A stretch of 64,000 bases of DNA from Phoronis australis. Lineage: Eukaryota > Animalia > Phoronida. Positions 24,701 through 38,614 of this stretch are shown here, one piece after another. The stretch is taken from assembly GCA_002633005.1 (NCBI GenBank), contig NMRA01000368.1, forward strand, positions 304,920 to 368,919, given 5' to 3'. The notes beneath the pieces are model-generated. The model saw only the letters and a list, made by a program, of their open reading frames with translations. It was not told the origin of the DNA and searched no databases. The position numbers were made by a program, and so were the translations under genes. How positions within the stretch are numbered: position 1 is the first letter of the stretch; each line of letters begins with the position of its first letter.

Positions 24701-27700
24701 CTACCGGTTGATTTTCTTACAATTTGATAACTGTGTTACCTTTTGTTGCCTGTTTTGATTATTAATTTTGACCAAATATTGCTTATACGACAATTACTGT
24801 TAAAACGGCTGAACAGATTTTGATGAATCTTGACACAGAGATATGTGGTGGGATGCACCAGCACCAGTTGACTTTTGCAAATATTTGACTGCAGTGTTAC
24901 TTCCTGTTAACCATTTTAGTTTTTGACTAGATACTGCCACGGTTGCTAATTGCAAAACCAGATTGACGGATTTTGTTGAAACTTAACACAAGGTTTCTTG
25001 GCTGAGATGCACTTATCTGGCAGCTGTTGATTATGGAACAGATCCAATCGCGGTAGAACTCCTCATTGGCCATTTTACTTTTTGACCCGATATTGCTTGT
25101 CTGTTGGTTATTATAAAATGACTTGACAGATTTTTGATGGACCTTGACAGTTGTTTGTGGTTGGGATGCACTAACCTCACTTTATTTTCAGTTTTGATAT
25201 AGTGGCCAAATTACTCGTAATTATGGTATGTCGTGCTTATGAACAGCTGTTCAATCGTGGGCACATTTTAATGCTTTGCGTTGCTCTTGTTAAAGAAGTT
25301 TAATTAACTTGCACAAAATGTATTCTGACATGTTCAATATTTTCAGCTTTTTACTTATCACATTTTCATAATATTCAGACATGTCGGTGGCACTTTTTGA
25401 ATAAAAGTCAGAAAATTGTTAATTCTCAACTATGTACATGTTTTGGTCTGAATGGAAAGATGTCAATGTTTAGAAGTTCTGTATGTCTGCATGGCAGGGT
25501 GCAAGTGACAATTCAAGTGTTGTAGTTAATGAACCAAACATACCTTGGAATATGGTAATCCTTTCTGCTTTCTGTTTCTAAACCCTATACTGAAATCTGA
25601 CTGCCTGATTACATTCACCCTGTCTTGCAGCCGTTCCCCCAGGATCTGTTAGGTGCTGTCACATTGACAGGCATGGTGGATGGGACGGAGTATGAACAGA
25701 AACTGGAGTTTTTCATCAACGGTAGTTACACTAGTCAGGCGCCGATACATCGACTGGCAGCCAGGGCACATATAGAGGAACTTGAGATGGACGATGATGG
25801 TATGTAGTGATTACGGGATCTTTTCGTAAAGATGTTGTTTCTTTTGTGCTTTGTTTCCCTTCAGAGCACAGTCAGATTTTCTTCAGTGAAAAGATGTTAG
25901 TGAAATTGAAACATTTTGCAAATTACAATTTTATATGTGGGTGGCTGATTTCGGTTTTTTGAAAATTTAAAGTAAAAGTGTAGTGTCATTCCAAGTAAAG
26001 TGTAGTGTCATTCAAAGTAAAGTGTAGTGTCATTTAAAGTAAAGTGTAGTGTCAATTAAAGTAAAGTTTAGTGTCATTCAAAGAAAAGTATAGCGTCATT
26101 CAAAGTAAAGTGTTATGTCATTCACTTTGGTGGCCATTTTGTTGATGCATCACTAGAAAATGAAAAAGCATTAGGAATTCTACATTATGTTCTTTTTGTT
26201 TTAAAATTTGATGGGCATCAATGACAATTTTAACTAAAATGCATTGGAAAGAGTATCTTTAAATTTTTGTAAGTAAAAAAATCAATGTGGCTATACGCCG
26301 ACCTTCAATCAAAAAATAAGTAAACATGATTTGTCTTCTGGTCTGAAATTGCAAAAGGTGATTTCTGGGCTAGGAAAAAGTGATAATTGGTTACTGCCTT
26401 CGACCAGGCTCAGCAACTGGGACATTTTATGTGCTAAGCATGTTTTTGAGCACTTACTAACTGTCACTATTTTCCAAGTCCAGAATTTGTTTCTTAAATG
26501 AAATAAAGAACTACTTGTGACTGACTTGATAACAGTAAGTGGTCTAAATCTTAGTTATGTTTTGTTTGGTGGAAGGCAAGTTAATGTCACTTTTAAATTG
26601 TTGTTTTGCTATCACTTCGGTTGATTTTACACTAACGAATGAAAACAAGAGCTGGAGCAGCTATAAAGTAAATATTTTTTGCTTTATTTGGAAATCTTCC
26701 AACAGAGCTGCGCTGCACACTGGTGCGGGACGTCTATTTGTACAGTCCCCAATCACACGCCTTGGAGACACAAGCTGTGATGATGAGTGTTCTTGCCAAC
26801 GTCAAGTCACGCTTCACTGGCTTCATCGCCTATAACCAAAAGACGGGCGAGCGAGTGGCCGACCCTCTACGCAGCTATTTCCTGAGGAGTATGCGGAGGG
26901 CGGGAAGAGCTGTAAGTCTACCATCTTAATTTAATTTAATATTATCGTACCTTTGTATTCCCAAGGGGTTGTCTTGGAAAACTGGCTACTGCCTTTTGAT
27001 TACAGCGGAAAGATGGGACATGTATCCTAGTACTGACAGCTCTGACTTTTGCTATTTGATCATTTTAGAAGCAGTTTGCTGTTGCTTTTGGCTCTGTTTC
27101 AAAATAATTTATAAATTCCAGTCTCTGGTCATTATGCACTCTTTCAGAGCATCATGTCTGGAACAGTGGCACAGACAGCACAAGGACGATGCTTTGACCC
27201 TCAGAATTCTGTGTGTGAGGGTCAGTGCGCGTACACTAGTTTAGACATTTGAACTTGTTTGGAATGCATTAAGTGATACTGTTGTTGTCAGCATATCTGC
27301 AAGTCACAAGGGCATATCTGAATTTCTAGTGTATTGCAATGCTTGAATGTTAGTTTACGATCAATTAGAACATCTGAATGGTTCTTCATTCATTTGAAAG
27401 AGAAGTGTAATTCATCATTTTCCCTAGTGCTACTGCTCGTAGCTGAAACTGTTCAGCAGGATGCCTCTTCATATACTTCTCAATGTCCATGTGTTTGCAA
27501 TAAGCATACCCCCCACTAAAGCATGCACACTGATGTCCGCACATGGAATATTGCGTGTCAAAGCATCATCGTTTCACAGTGTCACTCTCCTAAAGATGGC
27601 GCTCTTAAAGTGTTAGGCCATCACTATGTGAACCAGTTTTCCTGTCTCGACCTTGAACCTAATGTACACGACACTGAACCTATCAGTTGATAGCATCCAT

Positions 27701-30700
27701 GGCTGATAATTGTTTTGAAAAACAACCCCTTCTTCCCCTTTGTCGTCGTTTTCATTATATTTTCGTTATTGTCACCATTATGGTAATCCGTAATTATTAA
27801 TTTTTTCAAGTATTGTTCTCTCCAGCCACGTTTATTTCATTTCTTGCCAACAGGTGTCCACTTCTGCACTTGACAGGCCGTCATCGCGCTCAAGAATACA
27901 AGAAGATCGTCACAGTGGACTGCATAAGGTGCTGAGAAAATTCTTTTCTTTAAAAAACGAAAATGCAATAGGTAAGTACACTAATGACTGATAGGTGATG
28001 GCATAGTAGTTGTCGTTTTTTGTCTTGTCTCTCACTAAATTACAAATATTTCACATATGCCCGTTAGCCAGTTCGAGCAAAGTCTTATTTTTGTGTGTGA
28101 TGCATTTGGTTAGTGATTACAAAGATGACAATGTACCTCATCAATACAAATTTAAGAAATAATCACTAGATCAGTACCTGTGGGTGATATTGTATCCTCT
28201 CTTTTATGGCTTCAACACTCAGCACATTAGCATGTTGAGGTTATGTAGAACGTTATTGACAGTGGCGGATTTAGAAGGGGGCCATGCCCCCCCCCCACTA
28301 AATTCTTCCAGATTCCATTCGGCAGTTNACTGTATTTAGCCAAATATCTACTCTGACAGTAAGAGTTTATATTAACTCAGCAAATGTATATATTTTGTGA
28401 ATAAAAGCCTGTAGAATTTGCTTTTTGAGTGTTTACAAAGGTGTTATTAATTGGGTTGCGTGACCTTGTCTTTTTCTGTAAATTTAGCAAAAAAGAAACA
28501 ATATATTATAATTGAATACTAAGACAATGGTAACATAATGAAATTTTATTTGATATAGATGTTTTTAGATGATATCTCACAAGTACTGCAGTTAAAGTTT
28601 TGGTTTCATGAAGACCATAAAAGTCCGATTTTTGATAGCACTTTCAAAAGTGGATCATTTTAAAAACGCCGCTTCGATTTGATTTTTTGTAAATCGACAG
28701 GTGGTTCAGACAACTTAGTGGACTAGAGAACCTGCACAGGTAGAAAATTCTGGGTTCGAAACTCGATAGGGACAGAGATCTTTTCAGGTTTAGCAGTAGG
28801 TCACGTGATGTGACCAACATAGATGGCACTTATGAAGACAAATAATTCTTACATCAACGATGTCCACCTTCAGATTTATACAAACACCCATTATATAAAT
28901 TCTTCACAGCGTTATGGAGAACTGTGCATAAAGTATAGCGTCTGAAAGTTTCCGTCAATTGGATCAGCCATTTCTGAGATGTGTTGTTCCAATGTAAGTC
29001 AAACTTGGACATTTTTCATGTCCTAACTATTAACCTGAACAGATTCCAATAAAGCATTTATGTCTCCGGGATTAATAAAAATTGCATCACTTTTTTGTCT
29101 TGATTGACTGTCATGGCAACAAGTACTAATTGTCCATTACCATTAATGTTCATGTTTTTATAGGTCAAGGGAGGCGTTCAAGTTCGATGCCCACACTATT
29201 CCAGAAGAGTCCTCGTAGGGCGCCACTAGCCGACATCACCAGTGAGCTGAAAGTGTCGCAGTGGGACTTGGGATTCAACTCGGACACACAGTGGAAACAG
29301 TTTCTAAGTAAGCATGACGTCATCAAAGTGATTCATCAGCATCACTGTCCACATTTACTGACAATGAGGGTGGAATTTGTCAGGTTTTTAATAAAATTAT
29401 TTCCTGACAAATTAATTATGTTTACTGATTGTTACATTATGATTTTGTTGGCACTGCTACATTCTAACAGAAAACCGTAAGTAGATAGCCTCAATTTTCA
29501 CATCAATCTTCATTCAAATGACATGGTTATGATTTTATTATGATGTTTAAGCCAGTTTGCTTAACTACACTGACAGACAGTTTGGGACAAGTTTAATTTT
29601 AATGATATTCATATTGTAAAGTTCATTTAAGCTGCATTTTGCCCTGTTAAGCTGCCTAAAAGTGAAATTCAAATTAGGCCTTTTACACTGATCAAATTGG
29701 TCCATAATTTTCCTTACCATGATTGTGGCTCAAGAAAATGCTTAAGAGTTTATTGGGGGCCCAACCCAAAAACTACAATTTGAAAATGGTGACCCAAAGA
29801 TTGTGAATTCAAAAATGGCACGTATAGACATTGCCTGCGATTTGAGTAAGGTAATCGAAATGGAATCCTGCCATGATTAGGGATGTTATGATACAATTTT
29901 CGTGACAGTAAAAAGCCTAGTTTAGTTTTCACATCCAGCTAAGCAGGGTAAAATGCAGCTTTAACTGTATATTCCAGTTTAAACATACAGTGTAAAATTA
30001 TTTCAAGAGCTTATAATGTTCAGTTTCTGTAAAACAAATAAAATTGTGTGGTTATATCAGTTGCTCCTCTCTCTCTCAACTATAGGAAACATTTCTGCTC
30101 CAAGTGGTCTGATCCAGCTTCAAAATTTTGATGGGTCTTGGGATGTGTGTAAACGACTGTCCTACATCCTTGGGATACCCATTGAGGACGTTGAAAAGCT
30201 GTGCCCGTACAAGGTATGATTGGCTAGAACATTTGCCGTAAGCTAAGGGATCATACGTGAGAACGGAGGATGTTCACGGCGAATGTACGCTTTAAAGAGT
30301 TTCCAAAACATTTCAGTGAAAAATTGAGAGGGACAGTAAAATCATGAATGTCATGGGTAGTTCTTTTGGGAAGGGAAGTTGTCTGTTAAAAGACAAGTGT
30401 ACATTTTGTTAATAATTTTACTCTTATCTTGTATGTCACCAACCTTGGAAATTTAGTTCTAGTGTTGATTGTAGTTGAGAATGTGAGGCTGAGACCACAT
30501 CAGTGTTTGTATTTCTTCTCGTCGTTGCAGTAAGCATAATACTTCCAAGTATTTTTTGAATTTCTTTCCAAGATCTTATAGTCTGTGTCAGTTGTATAAA
30601 AGAATTTCAAGTATTTGTATAAGCCAGCTAACTGTTTGTAGTTTTTAACTGATTGAGTATTTAGAACAAACAATCAGTCACTATGTGTGGAGACATGGCT

Positions 30701-33042
30701 GAGCTTGCTATATTCAATGTAACAGTTATAAATTGGAATCTGTTACAAGAACCGTGTATTGACTTAGTCAGAATGCTGTCTTTTTGGCACATACTGTAGA
30801 GGAAATGTCACTGTCTGAAACAGTCAGTCATTGACGAACATTCTCAGTTTTGCGTATATTCAGTGAAGAGTTCGTTCAATGCCTCTTTCCCTTTATTTAC
30901 CCTTCATTGTACGTAAGATGGTCAGTTTGCTGGGGTCAAAGGTCAACTACTAAAGATACTACTATGTGTTCAGTACTCTCCAAAAATAATCATACAAAAT
31001 TCCGTTTCCTCATCATTCCAGTGACTTAAAGCGGATTCTGCTTTGACTCAGCCGTCATGATGGGTAATTCTCCTTGCGGTCAGTCATCATGACAGGGAAT
31101 TCTGGGTAATTTTGTCGTGCACGTACAGTTGTTTTCTTAGTTTCTTCTAATAGATGTAATTTTTATAAAACTGATCATGTGACTCAAAATATGAGATCGC
31201 ATTTCAACAGGCATTCAGCAGCTAAGTTCCCCTCTTCTTCTGCAGGACACCAGGGTATGGGCCACTCTACTGGCTGTGTGGTACTTAAGAGATCGATATT
31301 ATAGTCGACAAGATGAGTGGGAGATGATCCAGTTCAAGGCGTTACAGTGGCTGAAAAGGCGTGGTGAGATGGCTGAGCGAAGCATTGAAGAATGTATTGA
31401 TAAGGCGGGTAACATTCTGTTGCAGGTGAGTCCAGTTATTGATGTTGCTGCTGTCCAGCTGTGTGATTGATGTATGCGTTGTTGCGTGTAGCTTTGAACG
31501 TTAGGGCCTGGCGTCTAATCTTTGGAGTAAAAATTAGTTTTTACTTCTTCCGTTCCACTTTCGTGCAAACTCAAGATAATTGTCTCTTATTCTGAACTCG
31601 TATATGATTAGTGTTTATCCTTGTTTTCACTCCTGCATTAAAAGCCATAGGTTCGTGTATGAACTCGAAATCTCAAGTTTTTCCTCTCAAGTTTGTGGCT
31701 CAAATCTAAGGCTTATCAAGTGTTAACTTGGGCTATAAACTCCTCTGTGTAAACCATCATGCCCTCGAGCTCAGACACTTATCTTGAGTTTGCACAAAAT
31801 TAAAGTAGATCGGGAAATGCCAAAAAAATACTCAGGAGATTGGACCCCAGGCTCTGGAGTATGTTGTATTTAAGGTTGTTCTTTTTGTGATTTTAAAGGG
31901 TAAAAGACTTCTGGTAACTGTTACTTGAAATGATTATTAGTGACTGAAAAATGTTTTGTCCCATTGATTTTTTGAAAGTGTTGTTGGTCTAGCAAAATTT
32001 ACAAAATGTATTATTGGTACTTTCTGTAATACATTTCAAGACAAAAGTAATCAAACAATACAGCTACAGTGCAAGACAATAGCAATCAGACAATACAGCT
32101 ACAGTGCAAGACAATAGTAATCAGAAAATACAGCTGCAGTACCAGACAAAAGTAATCAGACAATACAGCTACAGTGCAAGACAAAAGTAATCAGACAAAA
32201 TGTCATTTCCCTGTCATGAAGGTTAATATTAAAAATAACTGTAATGGCTGTTATGGCAGTAAAAGTCTTATTGCAGAATGGCTGAGCCACCTGTTACTAA
32301 CTTTCCTGACAATTTCCCATAATTCTCGGTCATGAGGGAATACTAGTCTGACGATGAATTTGGTTTCTGCCCAGCTAAACATGATGAGGAATTATGGGTC
32401 ATTTTGTCCTAATACGTGTGCGTTACATTTTATTGTTCATTTACTGTCACAACTTGGTAACCCCTTCTTCTTCAGATACAAAAGGACAATGGCGCTAGTA
32501 TACGAGGTAGTGGAAGTAAAAACCACGTGAGAAATGACTCTGCCAATCTGTCGTGGGATTACATGACCACAGGTCATCTGTCACCAGAAAAGATCAAAAT
32601 GGCGCAGGAAGCGTTACTGAACAGCTCCGCCACGTCTGCACAAAACAGTGTCATATCCGCTGCAGGGACACTTGTTGCTGATGATGGGATCGCGACAATG
32701 TCCGTCTCAGATGTGACGTTCGATTCTAACTTCACTGCAGACAAAAGGTACAACTTTGGTAGCAAAGGACTCCTGTTGGATGACTCGTCCAGGTGTGAGA
32801 CGCCGGTCGTACAAGTGAACGGAGACTGTCCAGCAGGGTATTTGGATGAGTTGGACGATGTACTGGCAGCCAGTCAGAGACTTGGCAAGGTGTTGAGATT
32901 TGCTAATGGCGATGATTGGGCGAGCTTGGACAGTTTCAACCCTATGATGGCTAGTTCTGCTCAGAGCACTCCAATAATTCGAAAGAAACGGAGTAACTCT
33001 GATAGCAGTTCTTATTCAGTCCAGTACGAATCTGCTGTGTGA
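9744..33042 (+). CDS. VWA5A: von Willebrand factor A domain-containing protein 5A-like (VIT + vWA), 18 coding exons, about 1058 aa
   Basis: Phase-consistent GT-AG exons: 9744-9789, 15835-16037, 18283-18505, 18902-19239, 19933-20041, 20753-20869, 21276-21402, 21852-21996, 23141-23220, 23608-23722, 23857-24018, 25631-25799, 26706-26911, 27854-27971, 29164-29307, 30086-30213, 31246-31425, 32476-33042 (3177 nt in total). Motifs: VIT (LGNLPP...LPVVLNPPY), MIDAS GEFIFFVDRSGSM, FLKSLPVGCYFN, NMGGSE, IFILTDG, VFTYGIG, IHRLAAR, LIQLQNFDGSW, VWATLLAVWYL, EWEMIQFKALQWL. A candidate AATAAA lies at 36069. Confidence 0.9.
15085..15345 (-). mobile_element. tRNA-derived SINE remnant (CORE-like)
   Basis: The minus strand has a B-box-like GGTTCAATC (15297-15305) followed by TGTGCCTTTGGGCAAGGAACT, which resembles the CORE/MIR motif GTGACCTTGGGCAAGTCACTT. 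Boundaries are approximate. Confidence 0.45.
15362..15514. repeat. (TGCAC)n pentanucleotide microsatellite, about 30 copies
   Basis: Perfect run visible directly; it explains the QCSAV and ALHCT ORFs. Confidence 0.98.
19292..19781. mobile_element. MITE with CAGGGCTTGGAAT terminal inverted repeats (hAT-like termini) in VWA5A intron 4
   Basis: Starts CAGGGCTTGGAAT and ends ATTCCAAGCCCTG, flanked by the direct repeat TTGGAT. A fragment of the same end occurs at about 16980-17007. Confidence 0.8.
22963..23025. repeat. 21-bp tandem repeat x3 (AGGTTGCTAGGTTACAAACAA)
   Basis: Seen directly. Confidence 0.85.
24480..25272. mobile_element. Element with degenerate internal ~160-bp repeats, possibly a Helentron-associated non-autonomous element
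   Basis: A TTGACAGATTTTGATGAAACTTGACACA-like motif recurs at about 24648, 24810, 24963 and 25123, and the region ends GCTCTTGTT. The family assignment is inference. Confidence 0.4.
25968..26123. repeat. ~21-bp minisatellite (AAAGTAAAGTGTAGTGTCATT), about 7 copies
   Basis: Seen directly. Confidence 0.9.
31504..31852. mobile_element. Imperfectly palindromic MITE; a related copy lies at about 55260-55595
   Basis: CCTGGCGTCTAATCT...AGATTGGACCCCAGG inverted ends. It shares CACTTATCTTGAGTT(T/C)GCACAAAA and AACTCGA(A/G)AT(C/T)TCA with the 55.3-55.6 kb copy. Confidence 0.6.
32038..32200. repeat. ~35-bp minisatellite (AGACAAAAGTAATCAGACAATACAGCTACAGTGCA), about 4.5 copies
   Basis: Seen directly. 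Confidence 0.85.
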
Positions 33043-36000
33043 GAGTGGTTTGTACCACTCACCTTTAGTGTAAAAATATAATTCAGGCACATGTATAAGG
33101 AATTTTGATTGAGATATTTAAGATATAACTCAGAAAAACAGAACTAGGGGGCGCTGTGGGTGTTTACTCACTAATTAATTTACTCCTATACTCTGTGAAG
33201 CCATTCCGTCATGTTTTAAGTAATGGTCATTTGTTTGTGTTTGACTGTATCCTAAGGTTGTACTGTTGGTGCACACCAGACACGAGCCACATCTTGCATA
33301 ATCTCATCCAACTCTCAAGATAGTGGTATGAGGGTGGTTTTCCAGATTTTTTTCCAGTTGTTTTTGTTGCATCGTGGTTGATCACATCTCTATGTGCCCT
33401 CATGTATGTATGTGGGTACATATTGCGGTAATTTCTATCTGGGTGTCTGTCCTCCAGAACCGTCATGTAATTTGGTGGACATATTACTATCAAGGAGAGA
33501 CTGTGCCCCACCAGTGTCTGAAGGGTTCTGACTGCTGCTAATGCCTTTAGTGCCAACTTAAAATTTTTGCATTTTATTTTGTTTTTATTGCCCCAGGCCG
33601 CATGTTATCTCACGAAAGAAGCTTTGGATTTTGTTCATATTTTGTACCAGGACATATTTTGTTGCATACGGCATTGCATATCTGCTTAACAGCTTTAATA
33701 GAGGTTATTAATAAGAATTTATTCATAATGTGTACTGAGGTGCAGGTGGGGCAACTCCAGGCATCAGTCGATTTTGGTTACCTTGATTTCATTTTGTAGG
33801 TTGCTGCAAGAAAAGCCAGTTCTAACTTGGCACACAACCTTGTTGACATTTTATGTCAAGGAAGCTTTGCATTTGATTGATATTGTACTCCAAGGTATAG
33901 GCGGGGCATGCTCAGGTGTCAGTCGATCTTGGCGTCCTTAACCTCATTTTCAAGGCCTTAACAAAAACTTTAAATGTTGTTGAGACAATATCTTTTGAAG
34001 AGAGTTTAGGTTTTTCATATTTTTACCAAGGTGCAGGTAGGGCATCGTTGTGCGCCTATCATCTTCATTGTATGGTACTATTTGGTCACCCTCTGGCAAC
34101 TGCTCGTGTCTAAGAAAGCGCTTATGTTGGCTTTTGGACCAATCTGACAACTGAGGCAGGAACCTTGTGCAAATTTTACTTTGTGTCTGCCTCTGTATCT
34201 ACCAATTATGGCTCTTGGTGGAACTTCATAAAATTTGACTTAAAGAGGGCAGCACTGTTTACAGGGTTCCTGCATGTTTTTCATCCACATTAGCTATTTA
34301 ATAAAAGTTTTGGTTACGTTTTAGGCATGCACCATTCTATCTTTCAAACAAATTGAGATTCAGCTCAAAATTTCAAGGATTGTGTTTAAGGTGATGGAAA
34401 CTTGGCTAATGTTGATTTTTGAACAATTCGACTACTGCTGCCCCCTACTGAAAGTTTTTGTGGCTCAGGGGTTTGAGCTCTGAGTGTGGGAGACCCGGGC
34501 TCAAATTCTGGTTTTACAGGCAGACAATCGAGCATAGCACAAATGTGTCTCCTACTCCTCTGAGTTTGGTCTTACTAGTGAGGGTATTCATTTTATGGAA
34601 GTGAATAACAACCTTGATATAATGCGGAGGCAGTTTCTGGGGCAGTACTCATATTAAAAAAGTTTTGTTTTTTGAGTTTGTCTCAAATTATGCCAAATTT
34701 GATGAAGGAATTATATAATTTGATAGATGAGGTTACACAATTTTCAGATGGCTAGCACTGCAGAAGTAGACTCAGTTTAAATTCACACTAGTTAACTCTA
34801 GTGCTTAGTCATGGATGGATACATTATACCCCTTGTTTCTTTGCCATTTGTGATGCACATTGTGGGCGCATATCAACAAACTGTGCTGTTCATGTTTTAT
34901 TTGACTATGCATGAAATGGTTAACCATCATGTCACTGTAGCAGTTCAGTCAGACAACTAGTGTGCATTTCATGTGAAATATAATACTGAAATCCTCCTGT
35001 GAAGCCATTGACTGGTTTTCATGTATAACCTTTTTCAACACTTCTGTAAGGTTATCTTTAAAGGAAGTATAATTTGTTGTCATTCTACTAAAGAGTGATC
35101 AATCCTATTTTGATCCAGCTTGCGAAATGAATGGGTTAGAGTGCTATTTTTCACTTTCTTGATTTTATAGTTATTTTTGTTGCCCTTATTGTTAACATTC
35201 CATAGCTTTTATTCTTGGTTTAAGTGCACAAACACTTTGATAGTTATTTATTCCAGACATATGTTCAGACTGGGGAATTAGCAGATAGGTGTCTATGGTA
35301 ATCATAGGTATCTATGATGTTAAGATTGTTAAAATGGGAAGAGCAGGGTGTGAGGGATTGTTGTTTATAACACTGTTGTTTGGTGCAAGTTACGACAAGA
35401 GTTATTGTACAATGCAAACTATGTTTATATTTATATATGCCAGTTGAAATTCTGAATTTGTTTTTGTGGCAATGGCATTAACTTAACAGTAAATGTAACG
35501 TCACTGTGTGAAAAAAATTGTGGAAGCTCAATTCATCCTTCAAAGTTTAAAATTATTATTGATAATATTAAAATTCACAATGAAATATTTATATCTTTGA
35601 GCATTTTTTCATTTTTGCTTATGTCTGTCCCCACATTTTGCTTGAAAGTTGTAAATTTTCCAGTTCTTTGGGAACGTTGGATGCAGGATTTTTTCTCCAC
35701 AAGAGAACAGAATTTATACTCTGTCATGACTGTCTTTTATTAACTTATTTCCTTTATGAGATTTAACATTGTGTTGCTTTTGGTAAATACTTATATAATA
35801 TTTATTTTGTTAAAAGTAATACTGTCATTTTGTACGATTTTTTCTTTAAACTGAGCTTTAAAGAATATGTGATCCCAGAAGTTATTTTAAGAAGGTGTAA
35901 TTTTTGAAGGTTTCGTTTTGCTCTGTTAGTACTTATTCCCATACCATTCAACCAAAGTATTCGTTTTCTGATACTTGTACAGTGTATTCAAAACAGGTGC

Positions 36001-37676
36001 CAGTTGATGTTGATTTCACACACGGTATTTTTGTGTTAATTATAAAAGTTATTAATCAAATAATTGTCAAATAAAAATATTTTGTCTTCAGCTGTTTTTG
36101 CTTTGTGTTTGACTATGACCCAGAAAAGTTCATTCTGATCTTGGTTTTCTTAAACTGTAAAACTGCCTTGAGTGGCAGCTTTAATGGATGGCCTCCAGTC
36201 TTCATTGCAGAGTACAAAAAAGCATTAACCACCGAGTTATTATTACTTGCAAAATTAAGTGTTCGTTTCCCCTCGCGCAACTGATCGTTGTGGGAACCTT
36301 AAAACATTTTCGTTTTCATGTGAAAAAGAAAATTTGCAAGGTATATGATCCCTTCACCATGAGAAAAGATTTTAGCTGCCAATTGAGCTACCTATCTGTC
36401 TCCCCGGCCTTTACGTTAGGCCAGTGTAAACACAAAATATGTAAAGAATGGACTTGCCGCATTAATTTAATTATTTGTCGAAGCCTATAGGCGTCATCTC
36501 TTGCATGGCTTTTACTCTTAAACCCTATCGGATCTTTTCGATGAGTATAAATCTTGTGTATGAAAGTGTCTAGACACGGATGTGCCCCCTATTCAATTTA
36601 AGTTTGTTTATATTCTGTTCTCATTTGACCCACAGGGTGTCAAACTTCATGGGACAATTTTAAGATCTACGATTCACATGGAATCGCTTCGAATGCGGTC
36701 TGCCTTCTTTCGATTCGATTTTGCAGTGGGCGTGCATCAGAGCATCAGCGCGTGATTCGCGGTGAACCATTACCTCAGAGGCAAATCCCAATCAAGGTCC
36801 ATATTCGGTGGCCACTTTTGGTGAAAAATGAAGGTTGTCATATAAATGTAAAAGCTGGGTTATTTTAAAGTGCCATCATTCCAGGTTTGGAATCTAAAAT
36901 ATTTTTGCACAAGAACCACCGAATAAAATTTTATGGCCTAATGCATCGAAGTTGCATAAAAGGATACGTACACTACAACTTGTGGTCAAAGCCCACTTCT
37001 ATCATGCAAAAATTCATAAGGTAACTGTTAATTTAGTAAGTTCTTGATCAAATTGAAGAAGTATCACATACTCAAGAAAAATTATTACCGTGCTGATCAA
37101 GTTATTCTAGATGATGATACATTGCATGTCTTAACACAGTACATGTATAATGAGAACTTCTTCTCTTGCAATATGATTCTTACAAAAAGAAAATGACAGG
37201 TATCAACTTTTTTCAAAAACTTTATTGGTGCTATTTGCCTAGGTCAACACATTCATCAGTTTGTCAAAATAGTTAAAGCAATGTTAGTCCCAGTGTTCAG
37301 CTTGTAAACAGTAAAAATGGTATTGGTTGGGGTGTACATGTACGTACACAACGCACAGCCGATCAACGTCAAATTTTGACTAAGTTACAAATGTATGGGA
37401 TGATCTTGAGTTTTGTGCTGCCTCTACTTGTTGTTTTGTTTCAAGTTGTCTTGATAGACAGCGAACCTGCCTCTGCAACATCAGTTGTCACATGACATGT
37501 CTTTTAGGATGTTACTAGCCAAGACCTGTGTGGCATTTTATTTCCCACAAGTTTAATAATGGCCATTGTTTTTTTTGTTTTGTTTTGTCAGACTGGATGC
37601 ATTTTGGAAATATCAGTATTGTTCATGAGAACAGCAGTATATAAAAATACTTGTGGGCAATACTCAGCACAGAGGT

Positions 37677-38400
37677 TGGAGGTACGTACACTACACAGGG
37701 GTACTTCCCCTGAATTTCAATGACTTATCAGGTTTATAAAAAATACTTAGAATCTACTGAGAGTTAGTTCACTTACCAAATCTATTCAAAGAGAACAAAC
37801 AAAAAGTACAGCATAAATGTGTATATCTGTCTGTCATTCTTTGAAAACAGGCACATGTTAAACTCTAGGAGTACGCACACTACACAAATGCTAATACTTC
37901 ACTCAAAACAAATGCATTTATAATTAAGACCCTTTTAACCTAGCATTTTAATGGAGGAAACTGTGTGATAAACGTTGCATACTTACAGTGTAATATTTCA
38001 TTTGTTTCATTGTATTTGTTCACATCGGGATCTGTACACTACACAGGGGTACGTGCCACTACATGAATGACATGTCAGGTTTGTAATTACTAAATACCAA
38101 GAATCTACTGAGAGTTAGTTGATTTACTAAATCAATACAAAGAGAAAAAACTAAGAGGCACAGCATTCGTGCGCATATTTATCATACTTTGAAATTAGGC
38201 ACAAATTAAAATATGGGGGTACTTACACTACACAAATGCTAATATTTCACTCAAAACAAATGTATTTGCAATAAACACCATTTTAACCTAACTTTTTAAG
38301 GAAGGAAACTGTCTATGACCAATGTTGCTCACTTACCAAGTGAAATTTTAATTTCATGGCATTTGTAAACATGAGGGTACGTACACAACATCATGGTTTC
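37677..38400. repeat. Diverged ~350-bp direct duplication carrying recurring GTAC(G)TACACTACACA motifs
   Basis: AGAATCTACTGAGAGTTAGTT occurs at about 37749 and 38100, and CACTACACAAATGCTAATA at about 37878 and 38226. Confidence 0.7.
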
Positions 38401-38614
38401 AGTATCACACATGGTAACATAATGTTGTATGGCCATTTATTTTTCTTTGGTGATAATAAGCACCATGTTGTTATTTTAAGGCAATAATTTCATTTGCAAT
38501 GACCATTTGTGTTATTGAATTTCACATTGGGATACGTACATTACATTTTGTTAACCTTTTGGGCCATTTTCACCATAGCAGAACCCAGTCAATATCCAAA
38601 CTTTTGGTTTGTTT

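Noticed and set aside
26746-26911. Acceptor TACAG at 26745 for VWA5A exon 13
   Set aside because: It gives phase 2 while the upstream exon ends in phase 1; the acceptor at 26705 fits.
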